A stretch of DNA of 42,346 nt from an uncultured Gammaproteobacteria bacterium (GTDB taxonomy: Bacteria > Patescibacteriota > Patescibacteriia > Magasanikbacterales > UBA922): assembly GCA_965231005.1 (NCBI GenBank), contig OZ246405.1, positions 431,877 to 474,222 on the forward strand, written 5' to 3'. A program made the position numbers and the translations under genes. Below are positions 1 to 8,296 of this stretch, in pieces. Within the stretch, counting starts at the first letter, position 1, and every line of letters starts with the position of its first letter. The notes below the pieces were generated by a model, which made no database searches, was not told the DNA's origin, and saw nothing but the letters and a program-made list of their open reading frames with translations.

Positions 1-1
1 T

Positions 2-3000
2 CCAAGACCATTTTATTCTGCATACAAAGATGGTCTTTTACTTATAAATACACTTGGTGGAGAAAAAAAAGACCAGTTGAAAAAGGAATTAAAAGATCGT
101 TCTAGAGCAGCATTTAAAAATCATCCAGGAATTTTTTTCCTTGAGTCAGAAATTGTGAAGCAGTTGTTTCCACCAGAAAAAAGGATTGAGTTGACAAAAG
201 AATATTTAGAAGGACAGCATGCAGCTGATTTTCTCCAGGCATTGTCATATAATATAGCATACGAAGCAGATTTTGAAGATCCTACTTTTATGGTTAGAGA
301 TAAAGATGGCGTTCTTCAACTTGATCCATCAGCAGTATCGCTTGTTCCGTATCCTGAAATTATTCCTACCATTGTAGAATATTTAGAAAAAGATCCTACG
401 CCTCTTTTGGGATTTTTAGAAGCAGAACATGATGTAAGTTGGGATATTATTAAACAAATGGGCGATGTTGAAGTATTTTATAATACAATTATCGATCGTC
501 TTACTGATTCTGATTTTGATATGGAAGGATCAATCCGCGAATACGATGCTGTGATTAAAGACATGGTCCATTCTCCTGATCATTTAGCTCTTCTTGTCCG
601 CAAACTAAAAGATGCACCTGCACGCAAACTTACTGTGAAAATATTTCTGTCTTTACACCAAGCTCTGGAGAGTCTGAGGCAAGTTGGATTTGCTCCAGGA
701 GAAGAACTAATGAGAGAAAGAGACGTTGAAAGTGCTGTAAAGAGAATGGAAGGAGAACATTATCTTGATTATGAAGAAAGAGATTTAGAGAAAGAAGAGA
801 AAGTAAGAAAGCAGGCAGTAAAGGAACTTGCAGGTCATGAAAAAGCAAGACGAAGAAAAAGTGAACGTGCAAAAGTGTTGGAATATGATGTGCCATATCA
901 ACGTGCACTGGGTGCGTTGAAAGAATTACAGGCCATGACATATACATACTATAAAGCTCACCCAATGGAATTGTTTAGTGCAGATGATACTATCCGTGAT
1001 TTGGATACGTTTAGATCTCTTGCTGAAAAACACTATGAAGAATTTGCACATTTATTCCCTCATCAATTATACAAACTCAGGGACATACTTCCGCATAGAG
1101 CATTGGCAAATATTCAAGGTGACGCTAGGCTTATGGCAGCGTTTCCAAACGCAATTGAATCAGCTGCTGGACATAAACCACTTGAGATGAATCGTGTTGA
1201 TACAGAAAAGGCATTGATCAATCCTGTTAAATACTATGACTGGATAGAAGGCTATGAATTTACTGAAGATGATTTTTATGACAACGTTATTGGATACGTA
1301 AGTACATATCCTTTATTCGAGCATGTTAAAAAAGACTTGGAGCGTATTGCAAAACGAGAACAAAAACAAAATGGAAAAGATGCAGAATTAAATTATGGAG
1401 ATGTAGATCTGGAGTTTGAAGATATTATTATTCAACTTGGTGTAATTAAACATCATGCGAGAAAGCATGGATATGAACAAGCACTTCGTGGAATGGATGT
1501 AGAAGAACAGAAAGAATTATTTCCATCACTTCATATTATTTCCCTATATGACATTGATGTGCCAGGAATAAGAGAAGATATTATTGATATTGCAGATTAC
1601 TATGATACTTTTGCAATTGAATCATTTAAACAAAAAATGGCAGAAGCAATAGGTGAATATTTTAAACAAGTGTTTAGTATTCAAGAAGAAATTTCAATTG
1701 ATGTATCAAAGATAGATTCAGAGATGTTGCGAATGTTGTCATTATATTTAGAAAATCCAAAAGTAAAAGATGATAGTGAAATAGAACAAGGGTGTCGTGA
1801 ATTAGCAAAAGACATTTTGTCTGGTCATTTTGTGTCTCGTCGTATGTGGGAACGTGACAGTGTTCCATCTACAGATGAAGAACGGAAAAAACAAGTAGAA
1901 ATATTAAAAGAAAAAGGACTTATTCCAAAGAATATTACAGTTGATCAATATGTTGCATGGACTGAAGATCATGAAATTAATTTTGAAGAAGCATTTGATG
2001 TGACAAATAAAGGGTTGCGTAGTGGTATTCAAAAAATTTTTAGACAGAGCATTGTTGACCACCATATTGCTGAACAAGATTTGCAATTGGATTCTGTTAT
2101 TAATCTTAGAAAACAAAATGACATTCTTGCTCCTTCTGCTGATATTGATAAAAGAATAAAAGCGTTGATTGCAGAATATCCAGAATTAAAAAAGAATAAA
2201 ACTAGAAAAAATGCACCACAGGAAGCGCAAGACCAACTAAGAGAACTGCAAAAACAAAAACGAGAGTTTTTTGCAGATAATATGGATGAAATAAATGAGG
2301 CAAAGGCTTGGCTATATATAAGTTATTTAAAAAACATAACAGCCGATGAATTAAAACGAGGCCATATTTATGCAGGGAAAACACTTGTCCGGTTTGAGCA
2401 AATGTTTGGTGGGGGAGATCCTCCACAGCCAGGATTATTCAAGAAAGTTTTTCAAGATACGATGCCAGATTTTTATAATGATTTGATGAGGATTTATGCA
2501 ATGTTTGAAAGTCAGCAAAAGATTTTGCAAGGCGATCAACGTGTTTCTTCTTCAACATTGGATATGACAGATAAGGTTGATCCTGCTGTATACATTGCAA
2601 TTGGTGAAGATCCTGTACCGTCGTGTCAAAATTATAAAAATGGATCTCACAGCCAAGGCCTACTCGCTACAGTTATTGATCCAAATGTTAAAGTCATTCA
2701 GCTGTATGATGAAAAAGGTCTTGTTGCCAGAAGTGTGATGCGGCTCATGGAAACACAAAAAGGAGATCCTGCAATTTTTATTGAGCGATCATATTCAAAA
2801 AATGTTCATCCTAAAATTGACGAGGCAATTGTTCGATATGCAAAGGCAAAAGCTGCAAAAATAGGTGCAAAAGTATTTTCAACTGAACTTGATGGTTTTG
2901 TTGATGATGCAGATTCTGATGAGTTTTTTGCTGTTGAAACACTGCGTGCAGGTACCAGAGCAACAGAAATTTATTCTGATGCAGGAGCAGATACTGGTGG

Positions 3001-3034
3001 ATCTCTTATGATTGCTGGTGTGATTGAAATATAA
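2..3034 (+). CDS. Large hypothetical protein, 5'-truncated by the window edge (at least 1010 aa)
   Basis: The frame of ORF 77..3034 stays open back to nt 2 with no stop, so the TTG at 77 is probably internal. Composition is AT-rich host type. No family recognised. The TAA stop at 3032-3034 is followed by a repeat arm and a hairpin terminator. Confidence 0.6.
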   Translation, partial: PRPFYSAYKDGLLLINTLGGEKKDQLKKELKDRSRAAFKNHPGIFFLESEIVKQLFPPEKRIELTKEYLEGQHAADFLQALSYNIAYEADFEDPTFMVRDKDGVLQLDPSAVSLVPYPEIIPTIVEYLEKDPTPLLGFLEAEHDVSWDIIKQMGDVEVFYNTIIDRLTDSDFDMEGSIREYDAVIKDMVHSPDHLALLVRKLKDAPARKLTVKIFLSLHQALESLRQVGFAPGEELMRERDVESAVKRMEGEHYLDYEERDLEKEEKVRKQAVKELAGHEKARRRKSERAKVLEYDVPYQRALGALKELQAMTYTYYKAHPMELFSADDTIRDLDTFRSLAEKHYEEFAHLFPHQLYKLRDILPHRALANIQGDARLMAAFPNAIESAAGHKPLEMNRVDTEKALINPVKYYDWIEGYEFTEDDFYDNVIGYVSTYPLFEHVKKDLERIAKREQKQNGKDAELNYGDVDLEFEDIIIQLGVIKHHARKHGYEQALRGMDVEEQKELFPSLHIISLYDIDVPGIREDIIDIADYYDTFAIESFKQKMAEAIGEYFKQVFSIQEEISIDVSKIDSEMLRMLSLYLENPKVKDDSEIEQGCRELAKDILSGHFVSRRMWERDSVPSTDEERKKQVEILKEKGLIPKNITVDQYVAWTEDHEINFEEAFDVTNKGLRSGIQKIFRQSIVDHHIAEQDLQLDSVINLRKQNDILAPSADIDKRIKALIAEYPELKKNKTRKNAPQEAQDQLRELQKQKREFFADNMDEINEAKAWLYISYLKNITADELKRGHIYAGKTLVRFEQMFGGGDPPQPGLFKKVFQDTMPDFYNDLMRIYAMFESQQKILQGDQRVSSSTLDMTDKVDPAVYIAIGEDPVPSCQNYKNGSHSQGLLATVIDPNVKVIQLYDEKGLVARSVMRLMETQKGDPAIFIERSYSKNVHPKIDEAIVRYAKAKAAKIGAKVFSTELDGFVDDADSDEFFAVETLRAGTRATEIYSDAGADTGGSLMIAGVIEI

Positions 3035-3078
3035 AAAAGGCCGTAAATGCCGTAAAGGCTCAAAAGGCTTTAAAAGCA
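3034..3078. repeat. 9-bp-periodic repeat family, half copy A (AAAGGC-orientation arm only)
   Basis: Tandem 9-mers AAAAAGGCC GTAAATGCC GTAAAGGCT CAAAAGGCT TTAAAAGCA start at the stop codon of the giant ORF. Confidence 0.8.
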
Positions 3079-3084
3079 AAATAA

Positions 3085-3108
3085 AAATCCCTCTTTCGAG
3101 GGATTTTT
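3085..3108 (+). terminator. Rho-independent terminator of the giant ORF
   Basis: AAATCCCTC-TTTC-GAGGGATTT stem-loop followed by a T-run. An A-run upstream makes it potentially bidirectional. Confidence 0.7.
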
Positions 3109-3147
3109 AATCTGTCACTAAAAAGTAATTTACTTTTCATTGAAAGT

Positions 3148-3180
3148 GCCGGCACCAGAGAGAGTATCTCCAGTGCCGGC
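3148..3180 (-). terminator. GC-stem hairpin at the end of the deoC-ALDH cassette
   Basis: GCCGGCAC...GTGCCGGC 8-bp stem plus a 4-bp inner stem (AGAG/CTCT), 33 nt downstream of the ALDH stop. No clean U-run. It marks the AT to GC composition switch. Confidence 0.4.
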
Positions 3181-3212
3181 GCTCATTACGAGTTGCAAGA
3201 CTCAGTCAACGG

Positions 3213-5618
3213 CTACACACCGTACGGCACCCAGATCGTCTTGACCTGAACAGCCTGGCGCAGGACGTAGTCCTTGTTCGCGCCCTGCGGTCCGATCCAG
3301 TCGAAGGGCTTGTGGTGCGTCCACGTCCGCTTCATGTTGTGCTGCGATGCCGAGTTGATCTTGGCACAGGTCACGTCGCCGGTCCATGCCCAGATGGCAT
3401 TGACATCTTCGTGCTCAGCCAGCAGGATCGCGATCTTGTCAGGATCCTTTGCGGTCAGCAGGTTGATGACACCACCGGGGATGTCCGAATCCTGGATCAC
3501 GTCGATGAGGGTCTTGGCGCAGAGCGGGTGCTTGCCCGCGATGGTCACGACCGTGTTGCCCATGGCGATTGCCGGGGCGATCGAGTTGATCAGGCCCAAG
3601 AGCGGCCAGTCGTCCGGAGCACGGATGCCCAGAACACCGATCGGCTCGTTCACCGAGTTGACCAGGAACCGACCTGCGTTGACCTGCTGAACAGTGCCGC
3701 CGTGCTTGTCAGCGTAAGCAGCCCAGCGATACAGCCGTTCGATCGAGGTATCGACTTCACCTTCAGCCTCCACGATGCTGTATCCGGTCTGGATCATGAT
3801 CTCTGCGATCAGACGATCTCGATGCTCTTGCAGTTGCTCGGCGATGTAGAACAGGAGCTGTCCGCGCTGGTGTCCAGACTTCTTCTTCCACGCTCCGATC
3901 GCCTTGCGCGCTGCTTCCTCAGCATTGCGCACATCCTTGCGGTTGGCATCGCAGAACGCACCGATGAAGTTGGTGGTGCCGTAGAGACTGCTGTGAATCG
4001 GGAAGCTAGTACCACGATCGGCACGAACACGCTTACCACCCACGAGCATCTTGTGCGTCTTGTGCAGTTCGGGCGGACTCCAGATCACCTCCTTACCGTT
4101 GCTCGTGCCGATGTTGCGTTTTGACGGCTCGTTGAAGTCGAACTTGAGCACGTCTTCCATGCCAGCACGACCACCTTCGCGACCAAAGCCGCTCATGAGG
4201 TTGCCACCGAACGGGGCAGACGCGTCGAACACGTTGGCCGAGTTGATCCAGAACACGCCACAGTTCACAGCACTTGCAATGTGCATGGCCGTGTCGATAT
4301 CCTGGGACCAGACCGAGCCGGCCAGACCGTACTTGGTGTTGTTCGCCAGAGCAATCGCATCACTCGGACGCCGGAAGGTCATGACCGTCAGCACAGGGCC
4401 GAAGATCTCTTCGCGGACGACCGTGTCAGTCGGTTGCACACCCAGCAGAAGCGTGGGAGGCAGGAAACAACCGCCCACAGGGAGCGAACATCCTTCCGGC
4501 TGCCAGACAGTCGCACCTTCTCTTGGAGCGAGGTCGATCATGGTCTTGATGGTTGCGTACTGCTCCGGAGAGTTGATCGCACCCATGTCCACGCCCTTGT
4601 CGAGCGAATCACCCACGACCATTTTCTCGATGCGAGCCTTCAGCAGTCGGGTGAACTCGTCGGCAACGCTCTCCTGCACCAGGATTCGCGTGCCAGCGCA
4701 GCAGACATGGCCTTGGTTGAGAAAGCCGCCATCCATGACGCCTTCGACAGCTGCATGCAGATCAGCTTTTTCGCAGACGATGAACGGACCCTTGCCGCCA
4801 AGCTCCATGGTGAGCTTCTTGTCGGTCGACGCGGTCGCCTTGCGGATGATCTGTCCCACACCAGTGGAACCAGTGAAGGCCACCTTCCACGGGGTCGGGT
4901 GGTTCACGATCGTGGCACCAGTCTCGCCAGCACCTGTCACGATATTGATCACGCCCGGGGGCAGACCAACTTCCTGAATGATCTTGACGAAGCGGAGCAC
5001 GCTCAGTGAGGTTGTCTCAGCAGGTTTGATGACCACGGTGTTGCCCGCAGCGAGCGCCGGGGCAATCTTCCACACGAACATGAGCAGTGGGAAGTTCCAC
5101 GGAATGATCTGCGCGATCACACCACCGGGCTTGCGACCAGGGAACTCACTTTCGAGCACCTGGGCCCAGCCAGCGTGGTGGTACAGGTGCCGAACGCACA
5201 GCGGGATGTCGATGTCGCGGCTTTCACGAATCGGCTTGCCACCGTCACGCGATTCCACGACCGCGAGTTCACGCGCGTACTGCTGCAGAGCTCGGGCCAG
5301 GGCGATGAGATACTTTGCACGCATGAAGCCATCCTCTTTGTCGCTCCACTTCGGGAGCGCCTTTGCAGCGGCTTTCATCGCAAGGTCCACGTCGTCGGCA
5401 TTGCCCATGGCAATCTCAGCCAGAACTTCGCCGGTCGCAGGGGCAATCGTCTTGAAGTACGTCCCACTGCTGGGCTTGACCCACTTGCCGTTGATGAAGT
5501 GACCGAACTTGCCGTTGTGCTTCTTCAGCCATGCTCGCATGTCAGCGTCGCTTTCCGGAGCAGGTCCGAATGTGAGAGGTTGCAGTTTGCCGTTTTTGAT
5601 TGGTTGTTGGTTTCCCAT
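3213..5618 (-). CDS. Aldehyde dehydrogenase fusion: a complete ALDH domain plus a C-terminal truncated ALDH-like (cofactor-binding-type) domain, 801 aa, high-GC
   Basis: The N-terminal ~500 aa carry the ALDH motifs FTGSTGVG, MELGGKGP and GHVCCAGTR (catalytic Glu/Cys context). The C-terminal ~300 aa look ALDH-like (AWTGDV in place of FTGS) but lack an ELGGK or catalytic Cys segment. GGAGGAcacaATG SD. Lies 12 nt downstream of deoC. Confidence 0.85.
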   Translation of the reverse strand: MGNQQPIKNGKLQPLTFGPAPESDADMRAWLKKHNGKFGHFINGKWVKPSSGTYFKTIAPATGEVLAEIAMGNADDVDLAMKAAAKALPKWSDKEDGFMRAKYLIALARALQQYARELAVVESRDGGKPIRESRDIDIPLCVRHLYHHAGWAQVLESEFPGRKPGGVIAQIIPWNFPLLMFVWKIAPALAAGNTVVIKPAETTSLSVLRFVKIIQEVGLPPGVINIVTGAGETGATIVNHPTPWKVAFTGSTGVGQIIRKATASTDKKLTMELGGKGPFIVCEKADLHAAVEGVMDGGFLNQGHVCCAGTRILVQESVADEFTRLLKARIEKMVVGDSLDKGVDMGAINSPEQYATIKTMIDLAPREGATVWQPEGCSLPVGGCFLPPTLLLGVQPTDTVVREEIFGPVLTVMTFRRPSDAIALANNTKYGLAGSVWSQDIDTAMHIASAVNCGVFWINSANVFDASAPFGGNLMSGFGREGGRAGMEDVLKFDFNEPSKRNIGTSNGKEVIWSPPELHKTHKMLVGGKRVRADRGTSFPIHSSLYGTTNFIGAFCDANRKDVRNAEEAARKAIGAWKKKSGHQRGQLLFYIAEQLQEHRDRLIAEIMIQTGYSIVEAEGEVDTSIERLYRWAAYADKHGGTVQQVNAGRFLVNSVNEPIGVLGIRAPDDWPLLGLINSIAPAIAMGNTVVTIAGKHPLCAKTLIDVIQDSDIPGGVINLLTAKDPDKIAILLAEHEDVNAIWAWTGDVTCAKINSASQHNMKRTWTHHKPFDWIGPQGANKDYVLRQAVQVKTIWVPYGV

Positions 5619-5630
5619 TGTGTCCTCCGT

Positions 5631-6710
5631 CTAGCCCAGGGCCAGATGATCTGTGTTGGCGTAGCGGCCAGTTGCGTGGTGAGAGAGCTGTCGTTCCAGG
5701 TCAGTGACCAGACCACTCGCGCCAATGCGGAAGAGGTCCGGCTCTGCCCAACGATCGTCGAGCACTTCGAGCATGAGGGCCAGGTACGCGTACGCGTCCT
5801 TTGCAGTGCGAATGCCGCCGGCCGGCTTGAAACCGACCTTGAGTTCGCCGTCCGTCATGTCGAGGAAGCGCTTGATCTCGCGGACCATAACCAGGGAAAT
5901 CGGCAGCGTCGCATTGACGCTCGCAGTACCAGTGCTGGTCTTGATGGTGTCAGCGCCTGCCATGATGGCAATGGCCGAAACCTTCGCAGCCAGTTCGTAG
6001 TTCTGCAGGTCACCGGTCTCGATGATGGTCTTGAGCTTGGCACCTTCGCATGCTTCGCGCATGGCAGTGAACTCGTCGTACAGCGCCTTCCACTGACCGG
6101 TGATGGCCAGTTCGCGACGCGCAACCACGTCCACCTCAGTCGCACCCGCCTCGATCGACATTGCGATCTCACGGACCCGGGTCTCGAGCGGGGCTTGGCC
6201 GTGCGGGAATCCGGTCGACACAACTGCGATGGGCAGCCTGCCATTCAAGAACTCGACGGCTGCAGCCAGTTGGTGGTGGTACACGCAGATGGCGCCGGTG
6301 GTCAGCTTGCCGATGAGGTCTTCTCGGCCAATGCCAGCCAGGATGTCCGGACGAACCGGGTTCAGAGCCTTGTGGCAAAGACGCATCACACGACCAACCG
6401 TGTCATCGCCCTTCAGCGTGGTCAAATCAGTGCAGGCAATTGCGTGCAGAAGTGCATTGATCTGAGCAGCCTTCTTGAAAGGGCGCTTCTTCGGCAGGGT
6501 CGCAGTCCGTCGCTCGGTCGCGCTTCGGTTGGTCTGGATGCTGTTGACCAGCGCCAGGTCCAGCCCGATCGGCTTGTTCAGCTTCTTCTCGTCGTTCTTG
6601 TTCGGGGTTGCTTCAGCCTGACCGTTTCCGTCAGACGGTTTGGGCTTTCTTGAACGGCCGCCTTTGGCCGCTGTCCCGCTGTTGGCGGGAGGAGCTTGCG
6701 TGTCTTGCAT
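5631..6710 (-). CDS. deoC: Deoxyribose-phosphate aldolase (long form) with a low-complexity N-terminal extension, high-GC
   Basis: Motifs IKTSTGT and GFKPAGGIRT (the Schiff-base Lys contexts of the DERA family) and an overall TIM-barrel DERA-like sequence. The ~90-aa N-terminus is rich in K, P, G and N. GGAAGGAGAG-N9-ATG. Confidence 0.85.
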   Translation of the reverse strand: MQDTQAPPANSGTAAKGGRSRKPKPSDGNGQAEATPNKNDEKKLNKPIGLDLALVNSIQTNRSATERRTATLPKKRPFKKAAQINALLHAIACTDLTTLKGDDTVGRVMRLCHKALNPVRPDILAGIGREDLIGKLTTGAICVYHHQLAAAVEFLNGRLPIAVVSTGFPHGQAPLETRVREIAMSIEAGATEVDVVARRELAITGQWKALYDEFTAMREACEGAKLKTIIETGDLQNYELAAKVSAIAIMAGADTIKTSTGTASVNATLPISLVMVREIKRFLDMTDGELKVGFKPAGGIRTAKDAYAYLALMLEVLDDRWAEPDLFRIGASGLVTDLERQLSHHATGRYANTDHLALG

Positions 6711-6747
6711 TGTAATGAGCTCTCCTTCCTACCTTTTCGGGTCTAAC

Positions 6748-6766
6748 CTAAGGGACCGTCCCTTAG
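6748..6766 (-). promoter_or_regulatory. Perfect 9+1+9 palindrome in the deoC leader (candidate operator or leader hairpin)
   Basis: CTAAGGGAC-C-GTCCCTTAG lies between the predicted -10 and the SD. A second hairpin AACAGAA-GTGT-TTCTGTT is at 6789-6806. Confidence 0.45.
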
Positions 6767-6811
6767 AATAGAAGACCAAGTGGCAGGCAACAGAAGTGTT
6801 TCTGTTCGGCA

Positions 6812-6840
6812 ACAGTATCAATTTTTTTGCTAAAAGTCAA
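6812..6840 (-). promoter_or_regulatory. Sigma70-type promoter of the deoC-ALDH cassette
   Basis: On the minus strand: TTGACT (6840-6835), a 17-nt spacer, TACTGT (6817-6812). It directly abuts repeat copy B. Confidence 0.55.
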
Positions 6841-6841
6841 C

Positions 6842-6966
6842 ATAAAAAAGGCCTTAAAAGCCATAAATGCCATAAAGGCTTAAAAAGCCCTTGTTTTAGA
6901 TTTGTTTTTGTATATAAAAAAGGCCTTTATGGCCTTTAAAGCTTTTAGAGCCTTTATAGCTTTTTA
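6842..6966. repeat. 9-bp-periodic inverted-arm repeat, full copy B
   Basis: Left arm AAAAAGGCC TTAAAAGCC ATAAATGCC ATAAAGGCT TAAAAAGCC. Spacer CTTGTTTTAGATTTGTTTTTGTATAT. Right arm AAAAGGCCTTTATGGCCTTTAAAGCTTTTAGAGCCTTTATAGCTTTTTA. Confidence 0.9.
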
Positions 6967-7437
6967 CTAATAATGGTACTTTTTTCCATTCAAAATCGTA
7001 CCAGCTCTGTATAATTGTTCTAAAAATACAACACGAACCATTTGATGGGGAAGAGTCATTTGAGAAAGGGACAGTTGGTGATTTGCCTTTTCTAATATTG
7101 ATTCATGAAGACCAAGTGGGCCACCAATCAAAAAGACTATTTTTTGACCACGCTCAGAATGTTCAGCAAGAAAAGATGAAAATTCAACTGATGTCATTTC
7201 TTTTCCTCGCTCATGAAGTGCAATAACCATATCAGCTTTTTTCAAATATGGAAGAAGTTTTTTTGCTTCTTGTTTTTTAATATCTTCAACATTGTCTGAA
7301 TCACGGAATGATTTTTCTGGAATTTCAACAACATCAATTTTTGCGTAAGACGTTAAACGCTTTAGATATTCTTTTGCACTTTCTTTCCAATATCCATCTT
7401 TTAGTTTTCCGAGTGCAACAATTTGAATGTTAAACAT
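6967..7437 (-). CDS. rlmH: 23S rRNA (pseudouridine1915-N3)-methyltransferase RlmH (SPOUT)
   Basis: 156 aa with the typical RlmH layout (MFNIQIVALGKLK..., C-terminal GKKYHY). Host-type AT-rich composition. No SD. Confidence 0.88.
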   Translation of the reverse strand: MFNIQIVALGKLKDGYWKESAKEYLKRLTSYAKIDVVEIPEKSFRDSDNVEDIKKQEAKKLLPYLKKADMVIALHERGKEMTSVEFSSFLAEHSERGQKIVFLIGGPLGLHESILEKANHQLSLSQMTLPHQMVRVVFLEQLYRAGTILNGKKYHY

Positions 7438-7558
7438 AAAAAATGCTTTAAATGCCGTAAAGGCTAAAAAGGCTTTAAACGCTCTTGAGTTTAACTGTAT
7501 TATTTTAGTAAAAGGCCTTTATGGCCTTTAAAGCTTTTAGAGCCTTTACAGCTTTTTA
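7438..7558. repeat. 9-bp-periodic inverted-arm repeat, full copy C
   Basis: The left arm starts immediately after the rlmH ATG. The 49-nt right arm (7510-7558) is identical to copy B (6918-6966) at 48 of 49 positions. Confidence 0.9.
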
Positions 7559-7559
7559 A

Positions 7560-8084
7560 TTATTTATTAGTGATCCAATATCTTCTTACAAGAATTTTTC
7601 TCCCTTTCACTTTCACTTTGTCTTTAAATTTTCCACCATTTTTTTCAATAATTGTTGCAGAAGCAATATTATCATCATCACACATAACAAGCGCGCGGTT
7701 GATTCCAAGTTTTTTTGCTTTTTTTAATCCAAGTTTTAACATGTGTGTTCCATATCCTTTTCCACGTTTTGATGGACGGATGGTATATCCAATGTGTCCA
7801 CCAAATGCTCGCATTTGTTTTGTAAGTCTATGACGAATATCAATTTCTCCAATAAATTTATCATTATCAATTAACCAAAATGAAGTGTTTGGGACAAATG
7901 ATTTTGGCAAACCAATACCACGTGATCGATCACGTATTTTTTTCACATAAGAAGCAAAATCTTTTTTGACTTCACTATATGAAAGTTTCTTAAAACCACG
8001 CACATTGTTTGTGTCTTTCTTAAATTCTTTTAATGCTTTTAAAAAGCTTTCTTTGTATTTTGTAGACGGGAGAAGTAATTTCAT
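7560..8084 (-). CDS. GNAT family N-acetyltransferase
   Basis: GNAT core GGHIGYTIRPSKRGKGYGTHMLKLGLKKAKKLG. I prefer the ATG at 8084 (MKLLLPSTKY) over the TTG at 8099 listed in the ORF track. Confidence 0.7.
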   Translation of the reverse strand: MKLLLPSTKYKESFLKALKEFKKDTNNVRGFKKLSYSEVKKDFASYVKKIRDRSRGIGLPKSFVPNTSFWLIDNDKFIGEIDIRHRLTKQMRAFGGHIGYTIRPSKRGKGYGTHMLKLGLKKAKKLGINRALVMCDDDNIASATIIEKNGGKFKDKVKVKGRKILVRRYWITNK

Positions 8085-8086
8085 AA

Positions 8087-8207
8087 TAAAAAGCTGCAAA
8101 TGCCATAAAAGCTAAAAAGGCTTTAAAGGCTCTTGTACTAAATGATATAACATTGAATAAATGGCTTTAAGCCTTTATTGCATTTAAAACTTTTTAGACC
8201 TTTTAAG
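8087..8207. repeat. 9-bp-periodic inverted-arm repeat, full copy E (right arm degenerate)
   Basis: Left arm AAAAAGC TGCAAATGC CATAAAAGC TAAAAAGGC TTTAAAGGC TC. Right arm ATGGCTTTAAGCCTTTATTGCATTTAAAACTTTTTAGACCTTTTAAG. Confidence 0.8.
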
Positions 8208-8211
8208 ATAA

Positions 8212-8240
8212 TTGACACACACATATCTTTATGTTATTTT
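8212..8240 (+). promoter_or_regulatory. Sigma70-type promoter of the 238-aa orphan cassette
   Basis: TTGACA (8212-8217), 17-nt spacer, TATTTT (8235-8240), 5 nt downstream of repeat E. Confidence 0.55.
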
Positions 8241-8296
8241 ATGATACTGCTTTATAGCAGGATTTTCAACCCACCAAGAGGAAAAAAGGGGGTGGT

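Noticed and set aside
3274-6653. Many long ORFs on the plus strand opposite the ALDH and deoC genes (3274..3690, 3312..4124, 4051..4977, 4281..5009, 4978..5502, 5175..6653, 5704..6000, 6100..6465), plus short same-strand out-of-frame ORFs inside them (3202..3387, 3809..4039, 4640..4861, 5117..5332, 5525..5725, 5855..6244, 6169..6378).
   Set aside because: These are typical stop-poor alternative frames of high-GC coding DNA. Their translations are Arg/Ala/Ser/Pro-rich low-complexity sequence, and they fully overlap two ORFs with clear family motifs.
6842-6966. The 9-bp repeat arrays as a CRISPR array.
   Set aside because: The units are 9 bp and contiguous, with no unique spacers. There are no cas genes. 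The arrays occur as inverted arms at many loci.
6918-6966. The repeat arm as a synthetic cloning scar. It contains SfiI-like GGCCTTTATGGCC, StuI AGGCCT, DraI TTTAAA and HindIII AAGCTT.
   Set aside because: Such sites arise automatically from A/T-flanked GGCC/AGCT palindromes. The copies differ by point substitutions, unit shuffling and spacer length, which looks like natural divergence.
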